64,000 nucleotides of DNA from Escherichia coli (lineage in GTDB: Bacteria > Pseudomonadota > Gammaproteobacteria > Enterobacterales > Enterobacteriaceae). Positions 21,933 through 35,397 of this stretch are shown here, in pieces. Position numbers and translations under genes: made by a program. Position 1 is the stretch's first letter. Each line of letters begins with the position of its first letter. The notes beneath the pieces were generated by a model. That model was not told the origin of the DNA, did not search any database, and saw nothing but the letters and a program-made list of their open reading frames with translations. The DNA lies in NCBI RefSeq assembly GCF_003334785.1, contig NZ_QOWV01000003.1. One strand, 5' to 3'.

Positions 21933-23630
21933 TCACGGTTGGCGATCGCGCAAATGTGCGCTGAAGGTTTCAGCATCCATAAAGCCCGTGACGCGTGCTT
22001 GTGGATGCTCCTGGCCTTGTCCGTCAAAAAAGAGAATTGTCGGTAGGCCAAGGACATTAAGATGCTTTAACAGCGCCACATCTTGTGCGTCGTTGGCCGT
22101 GACGTTGGCCTGAAGTAAGACCGTGTCTGCTAACGCTTTTTGCACCTGCGGGTCGCTGAAGGTGTATTTCTCAAACTCTTTACAGGCGACGCACCAGTCG
22201 GCATAAAGATCTAACATCACCGGTTTGCCTTTGGCTTCAACGAGCGCCTGATTTAACTCATCTACCGTTTTGATTTGTGTAAAGTTGAGATGCGTCTGAG
22301 TTTGCGCGGTATGCGTCGCACCAAATGCCCAATCCTGAAGTGGGCGCACGCTAACCAATGCCGCTGCCAGCAGAATAATTTGCACAATACGCATCCAGCC
22401 GCGTTTAGCCTGTAGGCTGGTGATAAAGGCCCAGCCAAAGAATGCGACACCCAGCGCCGACCACAAGCGTAATCCCCATACATCACCAATCACTCGCTCC
22501 AGCAGGAAGACCGGCAGTGCGAGGATCACAAAACCAAACGCGGTTTTGACTTGTTCCATCCACGGGCCGCTTTTCGGCAGCAAGCGGTTACCAAAGACGG
22601 TAATTAGCATCAGCGGCAGGCCCATGCCCAACGCATAGAGATAAAGCGTGCCGCCGCCCAGCCACATGTTCCCGCTTTGGGCGATATACAGCAGAATCGC
22701 GCTAAGCGGTGCGGTGGTGCATGGTGAACAGATCAGTCCGGCAATCGCCCCCATAACAAACACACCGCCAGGTGAGCCGCCCTGTTGGCGATTGCTCATC
22801 AACGTGAGACGTGTTTGCAGCGAAGAGGGGAGTTGCAGGGTAAACAAGCCAAACATTGACATCGCCAGCAAGGTAAAGACGATGGCGAGGCCAATGAGCA
22901 CGTATGGGTGCTGTAGCGCCGCCTGGAACTGTAACCCTGCGGCGGCAACCACCAGACCCAGCGCCGTGTAGGTCAGCGCCATCCCCTGCACATAAATAAA
23001 GGTCAGCAACAATGCTCTGGCAGTGGAGAGCCGCTGTTTACCACCCAGCACGATGCCAGAAATCAGTGGGTACATTGGCAGCACGCATGGCGTAAAGGCG
23101 ATACCAATACCGATCAACAACGCCCAGAGCGCGGAAAAGGGCAATTGCGCGGTGGGCTGCTCTTGCTGCGGAACAGACACAGGCTGTGGCGCTGCGTTGT
23201 TGGCGACCACTTCGCTTAACGGAACGGTTTTGGTTTCTGGCGGATAACAGAAACCGGCATCAGCACAGCCCTGGTAGGTGACAGTTAACGTCGCTCCCGC
23301 ACTCGCCTGGTTGATGGTGACGGGAAGCGTCAGCCGATCGCGGTAAATCTCGCTTTTGCCGTAAAACTCATCTTCATGCCAGACGCCTTGCGGCAGCTGC
23401 ACGTCGGCAATTTTCGCGTGTTCCGGCGTAATGCGGATCTGTTTACGGTAGAGGTAGTAACCGTCTTTGATCTGCCAGGTCAGATTAAGGTCATGTTGGT
23501 TTTGCTGAAAATCAAAAGCAAAGGCTTGATCCGCGGGGACAAATTGTGAACGTCCCGGCGCGTCGAATAATCCGGCAAAAACGGAAGTGCTGCAAAGTAG
23601 CAGGATCAGCGTAAAGATGCGTTGAGCCAT
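21933..23630 (-). CDS. dsbD: thiol:disulfide interchange protein DsbD
   Basis: ORF 21933..23711; start moved to [26 protein letters not shown] (565 aa); TM core; C-terminal thioredoxin CVAC motif. Confidence 0.92.
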
Positions 23631-23944
23631 GAGAGGTAATCTGTGTCTCCGTGTGTAACAGGTAAAACCAGAAGTTCCGGGGTTTGATATGGATGATGAG
23701 ACTTCAGGCATTCCAGCAGTGCCTGCTGGTGAGATACGGTAGTTTTTAAAATCATCTGCACTTCGTATTCTTGCTCCAGCTTACCTTCCCAGTAATAGAG
23801 AGAGGTAGCGCCGGGGATCAAGGTCGCGCAGGCCGCCAGTTTTTCCGCCAGCACTTTGGCGGCTAAATCCTGGGCTGTCGCTTCATCTGGTGCCGTACAT
23901 AGCACCACGACAGACGCGGTATTCGAACTTTTTTCATCAAGCAT
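23606..23944 (-). CDS. cutA: divalent-cation tolerance protein CutA
   Basis: ORF 23606..23950; start at [32 protein letters not shown] (112 aa); 25-nt overlap with dsbD start. Confidence 0.9.
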
Positions 23945-24059
23945 AAACACCTCGCAAGAACAGATGGAACCGCAAGAGAGAGGTCACTATACAACGGACG
24001 GGGGAAGGATGTTAGTCGGCGGGAAAGAAAGCGGGGCGTGAACGCCCCGCGATTGATCA

Positions 24060-25361
24060 TTACAGCATGAAGCTACCCAGCACGAAGCCGAAGCAAACGG
24101 CCAGGGCAACACCCAGAGTACCCGGGATGAAGAACGGATGGTTGAAGACGAATTTACCGATACGGGTAGTACCCGTGTCATCCATCTGTACCGCAGCAAC
24201 CAGCGTCGGGTAGGTCGGCAGAATGAACAGACCAGACACCGCAGCGAAAGAAGCAACAGCGGTCAGCGGTGAAACGTTCAGTGCCAGAGCCATCGGCATC
24301 AGTGCTTTTGCGGTTGCAGCCTGAGAGTACAGCAGAGCAGAAGCAAAGAAGAAGATGACGGCCAGCAGCCACGGATGACCCTGAATCACTTCACCAGCGG
24401 TATCTTTGATCCAGTCGATGTTGTTGGAAACGAAAGTATCGCCCAGCCACGCAACACCCAGGATACAAATACAGGCGCTCATACCTGCTTTGAAGGTGCT
24501 GGAGTTGAGGATGTTGTCGGTATCGACTTTACAGATAACGGTGGTCAGAGTTGCAACGCTGAGCATGATGATCAGGATTGCGTTGGTGGTGTTCATCAGC
24601 GGTTTTTCAACCAGACCCATGCTTGGGCTGTTGATGATTGCATAGATAACCACGCCAACTACGCCCAGCAGGAACAGCCAGACGGACGTTTTTGCACCGG
24701 ATTTGATTTCAATCTGCTTTTCACCGCGCAGTTCAACCAGGCCCTCTTCCAGACGCTTGCGATAAATCGGATCGTCAGAGAGTTTGGAGTTGAACAGCAT
24801 AGTGACCAGGAAGGACATCACCAGAACCGCCAGCAGGGTGGACGGGATGACCACGGAGAGCAGATGGAGGTAGCTGATGCCATGACCTTCCATCACGGAA
24901 GACATGTAAACCACTGCCGCTGAGATTGGCGATGCGGTGATCGCAATCTGCGCGGATACCACTGCAGTAGACAGCGGACGGCAAGGTTTAACGCCTTGTT
25001 CCTTCGCAACTTCAGCGATAACTGGCAGTGTCGCCAGAGAGATGTTGCCAGTACCAGCAAAGATAGTCAGGAAATAGGTCACGATCGGTGCGAGGATCGT
25101 GATGTATTTCGGGTTACGGCGCAGCAGCTTTTCTGTCTGATGAACCAGATAGTCCAGACCGCCAGCAACCTGCATGGCAGAAATAGCGGCGATAACCGCC
25201 ATGATAATGGAGATGACATCGAACGGGATGTTACCGGGTTTAACGCCAATAGCGGCAAGAACCAGCACCCCCAATCCGCCTGCAAAACCAATACCTATTC
25301 CCCCCAATCTGGCGCCCAAGAAGATCGCCAGCAAAACTATGATGAGTTCTACAACTAGCAT
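24060..25361 (-). CDS. dcuA: C4-dicarboxylate transporter DcuA
   Basis: 433-aa ORF MLVVELIIVLLAIFLGARLGGIGIGFAGG...; paralogue of dcuB; downstream of aspA. Confidence 0.95.
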   Translation of the reverse strand: MLVVELIIVLLAIFLGARLGGIGIGFAGGLGVLVLAAIGVKPGNIPFDVISIIMAVIAAISAMQVAGGLDYLVHQTEKLLRRNPKYITILAPIVTYFLTIFAGTGNISLATLPVIAEVAKEQGVKPCRPLSTAVVSAQIAITASPISAAVVYMSSVMEGHGISYLHLLSVVIPSTLLAVLVMSFLVTMLFNSKLSDDPIYRKRLEEGLVELRGEKQIEIKSGAKTSVWLFLLGVVGVVIYAIINSPSMGLVEKPLMNTTNAILIIMLSVATLTTVICKVDTDNILNSSTFKAGMSACICILGVAWLGDTFVSNNIDWIKDTAGEVIQGHPWLLAVIFFFASALLYSQAATAKALMPMALALNVSPLTAVASFAAVSGLFILPTYPTLVAAVQMDDTGTTRIGKFVFNHPFFIPGTLGVALAVCFGFVLGSFML

Positions 25362-25425
25362 ATTAGCCTTCCTTGTTTTTTAACAAGTTGATATTAGATT
25401 GTTATTTTTAAGTTACTGCTCACAA

Positions 25426-25458
25426 GAAAAAAGGCACGTCATCTGACGTGCCTTTTTT
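25426..25458 (-). terminator. Symmetric hairpin terminator between aspA and dcuA
   Basis: aaaaaaggcacgtca-tc-tgacgtgcctttttt: GC stem with A-run and T-run flanks. Confidence 0.7.
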
Positions 25459-25478
25459 ATTTGTACTACCCTGTACGA

Positions 25479-26915
25479 TTACTGTTCGCTTTCATCAGTA
25501 TAGCGTTTTGCTTTGTAAGCCGGGTGCATCAGATTCTGTACGGAGAAAATATCGTCAAGTTCCGCTTCAGTCAACAGACCGCGTTCCAGAACGACTTCAC
25601 GTACACTCTTACCGGTTTCGGCACAGATTTTACCCACGATGTCACCGTTGTGGTGACCGATGAACGGGTTCAGGTAAGTAACGATACCGATAGAGTTGTA
25701 AACGTAACCTTCGCACACTTCTTTGTTAGCAGTGATGCCGTTAATGCATTTTTCCAGCAGGTTGTAGCAAGCGTTGGTCAGAATGTGAACGGATTCGAAC
25801 ATGGCCTGGCCAATGACCGGCTCCATAACGTTCAACTGCAGCTGACCTGCTTCTGCTGCCATGGTAACAGTGGTGTCGTTACCGATGACTTTGAAGCATA
25901 CCTGGTTAACCACTTCCGGAACAACCGGGTTTACTTTAGCTGGCATGATGGAAGAGCCCGCCTGCAGTTCCGGCAGGTTGATCTCGTTCAGGCCGGCACG
26001 TGGGCCTGAAGAGAGCAAGCGCAGGTCGTTACAGATTTTGGACATCTTCACAGCCAGGCGTTTCAGCGCGCCGTGAACCATAACATAAGCGCCGCAGTCA
26101 GAGGTCGCTTCGATCAGGTCTTCAGCCGGTACGCATGGGAAGCCAGTAACTTCAGCCAGTTTTTTCACTGCCAGCGGAGAGTACTCTTTCGGCGTGTTCA
26201 GACCAGTACCGATTGCTGTTGCACCAAGGTTAACTTCCAGCAGCAGTTCAGCGGTACGTTGGATGTTTTTCACTTCTTCTTTCAGCAGGATGCTGAAAGC
26301 GCGGAATTCCTGACCGAGGGTCATCGGTACTGCGTCCTGCAGCTGGGTACGACCCATTTTCAGGATGTCCTGGAATTCGACAGCTTTACGTTCAAAGCCT
26401 TCACGCAGTTGGTTAATCGCATCTACCAGCTTAATCAGGGAAGAGTAAACTGCGATACGGAAACCGGTCGGGTAGGCGTCGTTAGTGGACTGACATTTGT
26501 TAACATGGTCGTTCGGGTTCAGGTACTGATATTCACCTTTTTGGTGACCCATCAGTTCCAGACCGATATTGGCCAGCACTTCGTTGGTGTTCATGTTTAC
26601 GGAAGTACCTGCGCCGCCCTGGTAGACGTCTACCGGGAACTGATCCATGCATTTTCCGTTGTTCAGGACTTCATCACATGCGGCAATGATGGCATTCGCT
26701 ACACTTTTAGGAATGGTTTGCAGCTCTTTGTTTGCCATAGCTGCGGCTTTTTTAACCATTACCATACCGCGAACAAATTCAGGAATATCACTGATTTTGT
26801 TGTTGCTGATATAGAAGTTTTCAATCGCTCTCAGAGTGTGAACACCATAGTAGGCATCAGCTGGAACTTCCCTGGTACCCAACAGATCTTCTTCGATACG
26901 AATGTTGTTTGACAT
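25479..26915 (-). CDS. aspA: aspartate ammonia-lyase
   Basis: ORF 25479..26960; start moved to [30 protein letters not shown] (478 aa); fumarase/aspartase signature [10 protein letters not shown]. Confidence 0.95.
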
Positions 26916-27251
26916 GTGAACCTTCTTTTTCAAGCTGCCAATGATTTGCTTTAAACACACAGAATATATGTGGTTTCGAATGTTTTTCGACCGACGATTA
27001 TCCCCTGCATCGACCGAATACCCGAGATCATATGCTGCTTGAGGATTTCTACCGTAATCTGGATCACTTTAAGTGTCGGTTTTTACCCCTTAATTATTAA
27101 TTTGTGAAATAGATCACCGCTTTGGGATTACTACCAAAAATAGTTGCGCAAACATCTTGAAATTTTGCTAATGACCACAATATAAGCTAAACGCGATTCG
27201 CAACCCATTCAGGTAGCCGGGGTTAACCGGCTGCTATTACAGGAGAAACCT

Positions 27252-27728
27252 TTGCGCTGGTTACCTTTTATTGCCATTTTCCTTTATGTCTATATTGAGA
27301 TTTCAATCTTTATTCAGGTTGCCCATGTATTGGGGGTATTGCTGACCCTCGTGCTGGTTATATTCACGTCAGTTATCGGTATGTCACTGGTACGTAACCA
27401 GGGCTTTAAGAATTTCGTGCTGATGCAGCAAAAAATGGCGGCGGGTGAAAACCCAGCGGCGGAGATGATTAAAAGTGTTTCGCTGATCATTGCTGGTTTG
27501 CTGCTTTTATTACCGGGCTTTTTTACCGACTTCCTCGGTCTTCTACTTTTATTGCCGCCGGTGCAAAAGCATCTGACAGTGAAGTTGATGCCGCATTTGC
27601 GCTTTTCTCGCATGCCTGGCGGCGGTTTTAGCGCCGGGACCGGTGGCGGTAATACTTTTGATGGTGAGTACCAGCGAAAGGATGATGAGCGCGACCGCCT
27701 TGATCATAAAGACGATCGCCAGGATTAA
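27252..27728 (+). CDS. fxsA: inner-membrane protein FxsA
   Basis: 158-aa ORF (M)RWLPFIAIFLYVYIEISIFIQVAHVLG... from a TTG start with aggag RBS 7 nt upstream; acidic C-terminal tail. Confidence 0.85.
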   Translation: MRWLPFIAIFLYVYIEISIFIQVAHVLGVLLTLVLVIFTSVIGMSLVRNQGFKNFVLMQQKMAAGENPAAEMIKSVSLIIAGLLLLLPGFFTDFLGLLLLLPPVQKHLTVKLMPHLRFSRMPGGGFSAGTGGGNTFDGEYQRKDDERDRLDHKDDRQD

Positions 27729-27743
27729 TGTCGAAACGCCGGA

Positions 27744-29000
27744 TTATGTGGTTATGCCATTTTCCGGCGTTTTTCGTTTTGGCAGCAACAGCCATAACCC
27801 CGCCAGCATGATCAGCGCATAGAGACTTTTCCAGCCGACCATTGCCAGTAACAGAACGCATAACAGCCCGCCAACCACCGCCAGTAGTCGATAACGTCCT
27901 TGCAATAATTTACAGCCTGCCAGCATGCATAACAGATAAATCATAATAAAGATGCCATTGGCATAAATAATAAGAGCGTCCAGATTGATCTCTAAAGCAT
28001 GAATCACCAAAGTGCTCACCACACAGCAGCCGAGCACCGCATTGAGGGCATTATTCGGGATATGGCGAGAAGAGAGGCGTGCCAGGTAGTGGTCAGGATT
28101 ATGTTGCGCCTGCGACCAGACCAGGCGGGCGAAGCTCTGTATATAAATGTTGAGACTGGCAAAGCAGGCCAGATAGCCAATCACGCAGGCAATCCATAAC
28201 GCTCCTACACCGAACAACTGCACTACAATTTTTGGAAGCGATGCTGCCGCCGCCATTTTTTCACCATAGGCGTCGAAGTGTAAGACGACTACCGTACAGC
28301 CCCAGTAGACTAATCCTGCCAGCAGCAGACCAATCATCAAAGCACGAGGAAAATCACGCTCTGGATTTTTAAATTCCGAGGCGAGATGGGCAAATGCCTC
28401 CAGACCGACAAAACACCAGAACATCACTGATAACGCAGCAAATAACCCGGTAAGTTCGATATTACCAGGTGCCGGAAAGGGGATATTCGCAGGTTTGATA
28501 TCGCCCGCCCACCAGATAGCGACAATCAGCGCGACGATAAGTCCGGCAATAACGGTTTGTAGATTAGCACTGGAACTGGCACCGCGAGTACCGATATACC
28601 ACACCAGCGCCAGCGTACCGAGTTCTGCCAACAACAGTTGCCAGCTATGCCAGCCAAACATCGCCTGGCCGAACCCGGCGGCAATTTGTAGTGCGGCAGG
28701 CAAACCCACGGGAATGACCGATAAAAACAGCCAGCCGGTGACTCGCTCAAGCCGCGAACCAAACGCCATACCGACGAAGTGCGCGACGCCGCCTGCGCTG
28801 GGATAGTGGCGACCCAGAATCGCAAACACAATCGCAATCGGGAACACTAAGATAATCAAAACGGGCCACGCCCACAGGCTGTTATTGCCCGCTACCAGCG
28901 CAGCTAACGCAGGAACGGCAAACACGCCAGTGCCTAATAATGACGTCGATAGCAGGCCAATGCCCTGGGCCAGCCCCAGTTCTTGTTTGAGTCCACTCAT
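27744..29000 (-). CDS. yjeH: APC-superfamily amino-acid exporter (L-methionine/branched-chain)
   Basis: ORF 27744..29060; start moved to MSGLKQELGLAQGIGLLSTSLLGTGVFAVPA (418 aa); 12-TM profile. Confidence 0.85.
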   Translation of the reverse strand: MSGLKQELGLAQGIGLLSTSLLGTGVFAVPALAALVAGNNSLWAWPVLIILVFPIAIVFAILGRHYPSAGGVAHFVGMAFGSRLERVTGWLFLSVIPVGLPAALQIAAGFGQAMFGWHSWQLLLAELGTLALVWYIGTRGASSSANLQTVIAGLIVALIVAIWWAGDIKPANIPFPAPGNIELTGLFAALSVMFWCFVGLEAFAHLASEFKNPERDFPRALMIGLLLAGLVYWGCTVVVLHFDAYGEKMAAAASLPKIVVQLFGVGALWIACVIGYLACFASLNIYIQSFARLVWSQAQHNPDHYLARLSSRHIPNNALNAVLGCCVVSTLVIHALEINLDALIIYANGIFIMIYLLCMLAGCKLLQGRYRLLAVVGGLLCVLLLAMVGWKSLYALIMLAGLWLLLPKRKTPENGITT

Positions 29001-29159
29001 GGGTTGATGTCCGATTGCGCCCAAATTTTGGGCAACTGCGTAGATTTTCGATGGTAGCACAATCAGATTCGCTTATGACGGCGATGAAGAAATTGCGATG
29101 AAATGTGAGGTGAATCAGGGTTTTCACCCGATTTTGTGCTGATCAGAATTTTTTTTCTT

Positions 29160-29200
29160 TTTCCCCCTTGAAGGGGCGAAGCCTCATCCCCATTTCTCTG
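29160..29200 (+). promoter_or_regulatory. groESL heat-shock (sigma-32) promoter
   Basis: cccccTTGAAggg (-35, about 29164-29175) and CCCCATTTc (-10, 29188-29196), matching the sigma-32 consensus about 80 nt upstream of groES. Confidence 0.7.
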
Positions 29201-29224
29201 GTCACCAGCCGGGAAACCACGTAA

Positions 29225-29569
<345 letters not shown>

Positions 29570-29600
29570 TCCGCGCACGACACTGAACATACGAATTTAA

Positions 29601-31259
<1,659 letters not shown>

Positions 31260-31285
31260 TTGCCCTGCACCTCGCAGAAATAAAC

Positions 31286-31320
31286 AAACCCCCGGGCAGA
31301 AATGTCTGGGGGTTTTTCTT
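31286..31320 (+). terminator. groEL rho-independent terminator
   Basis: aaacccccgggcagaaatgtctgggggtttttctttt: GC-rich hairpin followed by a U-run. Confidence 0.75.
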
Positions 31321-31396
31321 TTGGTCATCTTTCTAGTATAAGATTCAGACACGGACGACGCGAGTGGCGTCCAGCTCATTGATTATGGGGAATAAC

Positions 31397-31750
31397 ATGC
31401 ACGTAAAATACTTAGCAGGGATTGTCGGTGCCGCGCTACTGATGGCGGGTTGTAGCTCCAGCAACGAATTGAGTGCTGCCGGTCAGAGTGTACGCATTGT
31501 GGACGAGCAGCCAGGCGCAGAGTGCCAGCTGATTGGTACTGCGACAGGTAAGCAAAGCAACTGGCTTTCCGGGCAACACGGAGAAGAAGGCGGTTCTATG
31601 CGCGGCGCAGCAAACGATCTGCGCAACCAGGCGGCTGCAATGGGCGGTAACGTGATTTATGGCATCAGTAGCCCGTCGCAGGGAATGTTGTCCAGTTTTG
31701 TCCCGACGGATAGCCAGATTATCGGTCAGGTTTATAAGTGCCCGAACTGA
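31397..31750 (+). CDS. yjeI: small lipoprotein (DUF4156)
   Basis: ORF 31364..31750; start moved to MHVKYLAGIVGAALLMAGCSSSNEL (117 aa); lipobox LMAGC. Confidence 0.8.
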   Translation: MHVKYLAGIVGAALLMAGCSSSNELSAAGQSVRIVDEQPGAECQLIGTATGKQSNWLSGQHGEEGGSMRGAANDLRNQAAAMGGNVIYGISSPSQGMLSSFVPTDSQIIGQVYKCPN

Positions 31751-31784
31751 TGTGATCCAGAGGCTGGGTGACAAACGTATAATT

Positions 31785-31886
<102 letters not shown>

Positions 31887-31952
31887 ACCAACGATCACGT
31901 TATCAGTCATTTCAGGCTGGATGGCTCCAGCCTCGCATTAGCAAAGATGAGA

Positions 31953-32822
31953 TTATTTCGCCTGTGGTGCAGTTTTGCTGGTGGATTGAACACGTAAGTG
32001 ATGCAGCGCGCGTAAGCATTGATCCTGGGTTAGCGGTTGGGCGTTATTCGCCGCTACGGTGCGAACATAGACCTGACATGGCACACCCGCGAGTTTTTTC
32101 AGTCGTGGGCTGAAATCAAGCATTCGGCGAGTGATCGCTTCTATTTCTTTACCCGGCGTTGCTTCACGCGTTTTCACCACTGCGCCGCTAAATTGTTCTT
32201 TGCCACTTTCATCTTTAAAGCGGTAAAGCACCGCCAGATAATGGTCGAACAAGTTATGTTTCCATTCCGGTTGGGAATAGGTGTCATATTCCAGATTGCC
32301 ATTGTCCTGGCAGTCAACGTCGTATAACGGCAGGAAATCTAACAGTGAGGTAATACGTAATGCCAGTTCACGCATTTCCGCATTATTAATTGCATGAATG
32401 ATTGCTCGCGCCAGCATTTCAATCTGCAACTCATTGACGACTAACTCACATTTGCTACCGTCATGTAGCGTTAATACGAAGGTAAGATTTTCGCCTTGAT
32501 TATCGGTAAGTTCCAGCGTGTTAACCCGACGATTAATATCGGCATTTTTAAGCTCATCAACCAGAATTTCTGGGATGTTTTCTGCCATTTTCTTAATGAC
32601 TTTATCGCGAGCTTGCTCATACTGAAGGTGTGCAGCAGCATCCAGTTTATGCTTTTGATGCAGACGACTTTCCAGCGCAATCAGCAGGTCGCGCAGTTCC
32701 ATGACAGACATAAAGAACAACGATTCTTTATTGCGAGGTTCTTTAATTTTCAGCGCCAGTGCAATGAAATTATTACTCTTGCGAATAACACCGGTATTAA
32801 CACCCTTGATGCTTATGGCCAT
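31953..32822 (-). CDS. yjeJ: soluble protein of unknown function
   Basis: 289-aa ORF MAISIKGVNTGVIRKSNNFIALALKIKEPRNKESLFF...; no recognisable motif; AT-rich upstream region. Confidence 0.8.
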   Translation of the reverse strand: MAISIKGVNTGVIRKSNNFIALALKIKEPRNKESLFFMSVMELRDLLIALESRLHQKHKLDAAAHLQYEQARDKVIKKMAENIPEILVDELKNADINRRVNTLELTDNQGENLTFVLTLHDGSKCELVVNELQIEMLARAIIHAINNAEMRELALRITSLLDFLPLYDVDCQDNGNLEYDTYSQPEWKHNLFDHYLAVLYRFKDESGKEQFSGAVVKTREATPGKEIEAITRRMLDFSPRLKKLAGVPCQVYVRTVAANNAQPLTQDQCLRALHHLRVQSTSKTAPQAK

Positions 32823-33083
32823 GTAGGTTCTCCCTAACCATTTCTCAATTAAATAATTAATTTTAATTTATAAGCCAGATAAATGGGCTTGGTAGTAATA
32901 GTTGTTAAAATAACATAAATAGCCGTACTCACTCTATATAAACAGAAAAGAAAGGTTAATTATTGGTGTTAGCTATATAAAAAGTAACAACAGCAATGCA
33001 TATGAATAATTAAAGGTTATGCAACGGGCAAAGATTAAACTTCCCAGTTTAATGACAGGTTGCTGTACTTGCGTTTGTTGCTC

Positions 33084-33185
33084 TTGCCGGATGCAGCGTA
33101 AACGCCTTATCCGGCCTACAGTTCATTGCAAATCCATTCAATTTCAATGCACGATGTAGGCCTGATAAGCGTAGCGAATCAGGCA
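33084..33185. repeat. REP / BIME palindromic units
   Basis: tgccggatgcagcgtaaacgccttatccggcctaca and gtaggcctgataagcgtagcgaatcaggc between yjeJ upstream region and epmB 3' end. Confidence 0.6.
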
Positions 33186-33216
33186 ATTTTAATGTTTAAC
33201 TTCCCTGTTTAATCAG

Positions 33217-34245
33217 TTACTGCTGGCGTAGCTGGAGATCCAGCGGCGTTTTGCTGGGTTCGCCGCCAATTTCTCGCGCCAGTTTCGGCACCAGATATCC
33301 CGACACCAGTGTCAGCAACTCACGCATAATCTGCCGTGCTTCGTCATCACTCACCATAAAATGCGCCGCGCCCTGTACTTTATCGAGCACATGCAGGTAA
33401 TACGGCATTACGCCGGCATCGAACAACGCATTACTCAGGTTTGCCAGCGTTTGTGCGTTATCGTTCACATCACGTAACAGAACGCTCTGGTTCAGCAAAG
33501 TAACGCCTACCCGGCGCAACTTAGCCATCGCCTGACGGAATGTTTCATCTACCTCATTGGCATGGTTGATGTGATTCACCAGCAAGATTTGCAGCGTAGA
33601 ACGGGCAAAGCATTCAACCAGCGCCTCGGTGATACGTGCCGGGATCACAATCGGCAGACGGCTGTGAATCCGCAGACGTTTTATATGCGGGATGGCTTCC
33701 AGTTGTGTGAGCAACCAGTCCAGCTCGTGATCTTTCGCCATCAGCGGATCGCCGCCGGAGAAAATCATCTCGTCCAGTTCCGGATGCGCAGCAACATACT
33801 CAAGTGCAGTTTGCCAGTTACGCTTGTTGCCCTGATTTTCGGCATAGGGGAAGTGACGACGGAAGCAATAGCGGCAATTTACCGCGCAGCCGCCTTTGAC
33901 CAGCAAAAGCGCCCGGTTGTGGTATTTATGCAACAAACCAGGCACTACGCTGTGCTGTTCTTCCAGTGGGTCGGTGGAGAATCCGGGCGCGATGACAAAC
34001 TCATCTTGCGAGGTAAGTACCTGACGCAAAAGAGGATCGTCCGGATTGCCTTTCTCCATGCGATCGATAAATGAGCGGGGCACACGCAGGGCAAAAAGCT
34101 TTTTGGCGCTGCGTCCGGCTAACAGTTTTTCCTCCGCGTCTATATTCAAAAGACGCAGAAGTTCATCAGGATCGGTCACAACATCGGCAAGTTGCGTTAA
34201 CCAATCTTCTCTGGATGGGGTATTTAGGGTTACAATATGCGCCAT
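33217..34245 (-). CDS. epmB: lysine 2,3-aminomutase (EF-P beta-lysylation pathway, radical SAM)
   Basis: 342-aa ORF MAHIVTLNTPSREDWLTQLADVV... with CxxxCxxC radical-SAM motif (CAVNCRYC); divergent from efp. Confidence 0.93.
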   Translation of the reverse strand: MAHIVTLNTPSREDWLTQLADVVTDPDELLRLLNIDAEEKLLAGRSAKKLFALRVPRSFIDRMEKGNPDDPLLRQVLTSQDEFVIAPGFSTDPLEEQHSVVPGLLHKYHNRALLLVKGGCAVNCRYCFRRHFPYAENQGNKRNWQTALEYVAAHPELDEMIFSGGDPLMAKDHELDWLLTQLEAIPHIKRLRIHSRLPIVIPARITEALVECFARSTLQILLVNHINHANEVDETFRQAMAKLRRVGVTLLNQSVLLRDVNDNAQTLANLSNALFDAGVMPYYLHVLDKVQGAAHFMVSDDEARQIMRELLTLVSGYLVPKLAREIGGEPSKTPLDLQLRQQ

Positions 34246-34286
34246 TTTGTGGCTTAGCTACCAATTAACAAATTTCAGAGGGCCTT

Positions 34287-34853
34287 ATGGCAACGTACTA
34301 TAGCAACGATTTTCGTGCTGGTCTTAAAATCATGTTAGACGGCGAACCTTACGCGGTTGAAGCGAGTGAATTCGTAAAACCGGGTAAAGGCCAGGCATTT
34401 GCTCGCGTTAAACTGCGTCGTCTGCTGACCGGTACTCGCGTAGAAAAAACCTTCAAATCTACTGATTCCGCTGAAGGCGCTGATGTTGTCGATATGAACC
34501 TGACTTACCTGTACAACGACGGTGAGTTCTGGCACTTCATGAACAACGAAACTTTCGAGCAGCTGTCTGCTGATGCAAAAGCAATTGGTGACAACGCTAA
34601 ATGGCTGCTGGATCAGGCAGAGTGTATCGTAACTCTGTGGAATGGTCAGCCGATCTCCGTTACTCCGCCGAACTTCGTTGAACTGGAAATCGTTGATACC
34701 GATCCGGGCCTGAAAGGTGATACCGCAGGTACTGGTGGCAAACCGGCTACCCTGTCTACTGGCGCTGTGGTTAAAGTTCCGCTGTTTGTACAAATCGGCG
34801 AAGTCATCAAAGTGGATACCCGCTCTGGTGAATACGTCTCTCGCGTGAAGTAA
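34287..34853 (+). CDS. efp: translation elongation factor P
   Basis: 188-aa [49 protein letters not shown]... with the conserved KPGKGQA loop. Confidence 0.97.
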
Positions 34854-34904
34854 TGCGGTTGTGGTGCGGCCTGCAGGCTGCACCATCACTTATTCAGGTC
34901 AGAG

Positions 34905-35030
34905 ATGATGAAACGCCTTATCGTTCTTGTTTTGCTTGCCAGCACGCTGCTCACGGGCTGTAACACCGCTCGCGGTTTCGGCGAAGACATCAAACATCTC
35001 GGCAACTCCATCTCTCGCGCTGCCAGCTAA
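34905..35030 (+). CDS. ecnA: entericidin A small lipoprotein
   Basis: 41-aa ORF read by hand (absent from ORF track): [41 protein letters not shown]; lipobox LTGC. Confidence 0.8.
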   Translation: MMKRLIVLVLLASTLLTGCNTARGFGEDIKHLGNSISRAAS

Positions 35031-35140
35031 TTTTTCTTCTCTTCCGAAAAATCATCAGATTCCCATCATTTTTGGCGATGTTGTCTATTATTAATTTGCT
35101 ATAGGCAAACATAAATAACATTACCTAAAAGGAAGACGTT

Positions 35141-35287
35141 ATGGTGAAGAAGACAATTGCAGCGATCTTTTCTGTTCTGGTGCTTTCAACAGTATTAACT
35201 GCCTGCAACACCACGCGTGGCGTTGGTGAAGACATTTCTGATGGCGGTAACGCGATTTCTGGCGCAGCAACGAAAGCGCAGCAATAA
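35141..35287 (+). CDS. ecnB: entericidin B small lipoprotein
   Basis: 48-aa ORF read by hand: [48 protein letters not shown]; paralogous to EcnA (CNTxRGxGEDI...GNxISxAA). Confidence 0.8.
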
Positions 35288-35292
35288 GCAAT

Positions 35293-35330
35293 AACGGTAC
35301 GACAGCTGTGTCGTGCCGTTTGTTTTTTCT
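35293..35330 (+). terminator. ecnB rho-independent terminator
   Basis: aacggtacgacag/ctgtgtcgtgccgtt hairpin followed by tttgttttttct. Confidence 0.65.
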
Positions 35331-35397
35331 GCGATAGTCACAAAGGTAATAGTTGAAATTCCCCTGCCACCTGGCAAAATATCCGTTCAACCATCAG

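Noticed and set aside
26073-26912. 279-aa plus-strand ORF antisense to aspA
   Set aside because: Antisense shadow within aspA
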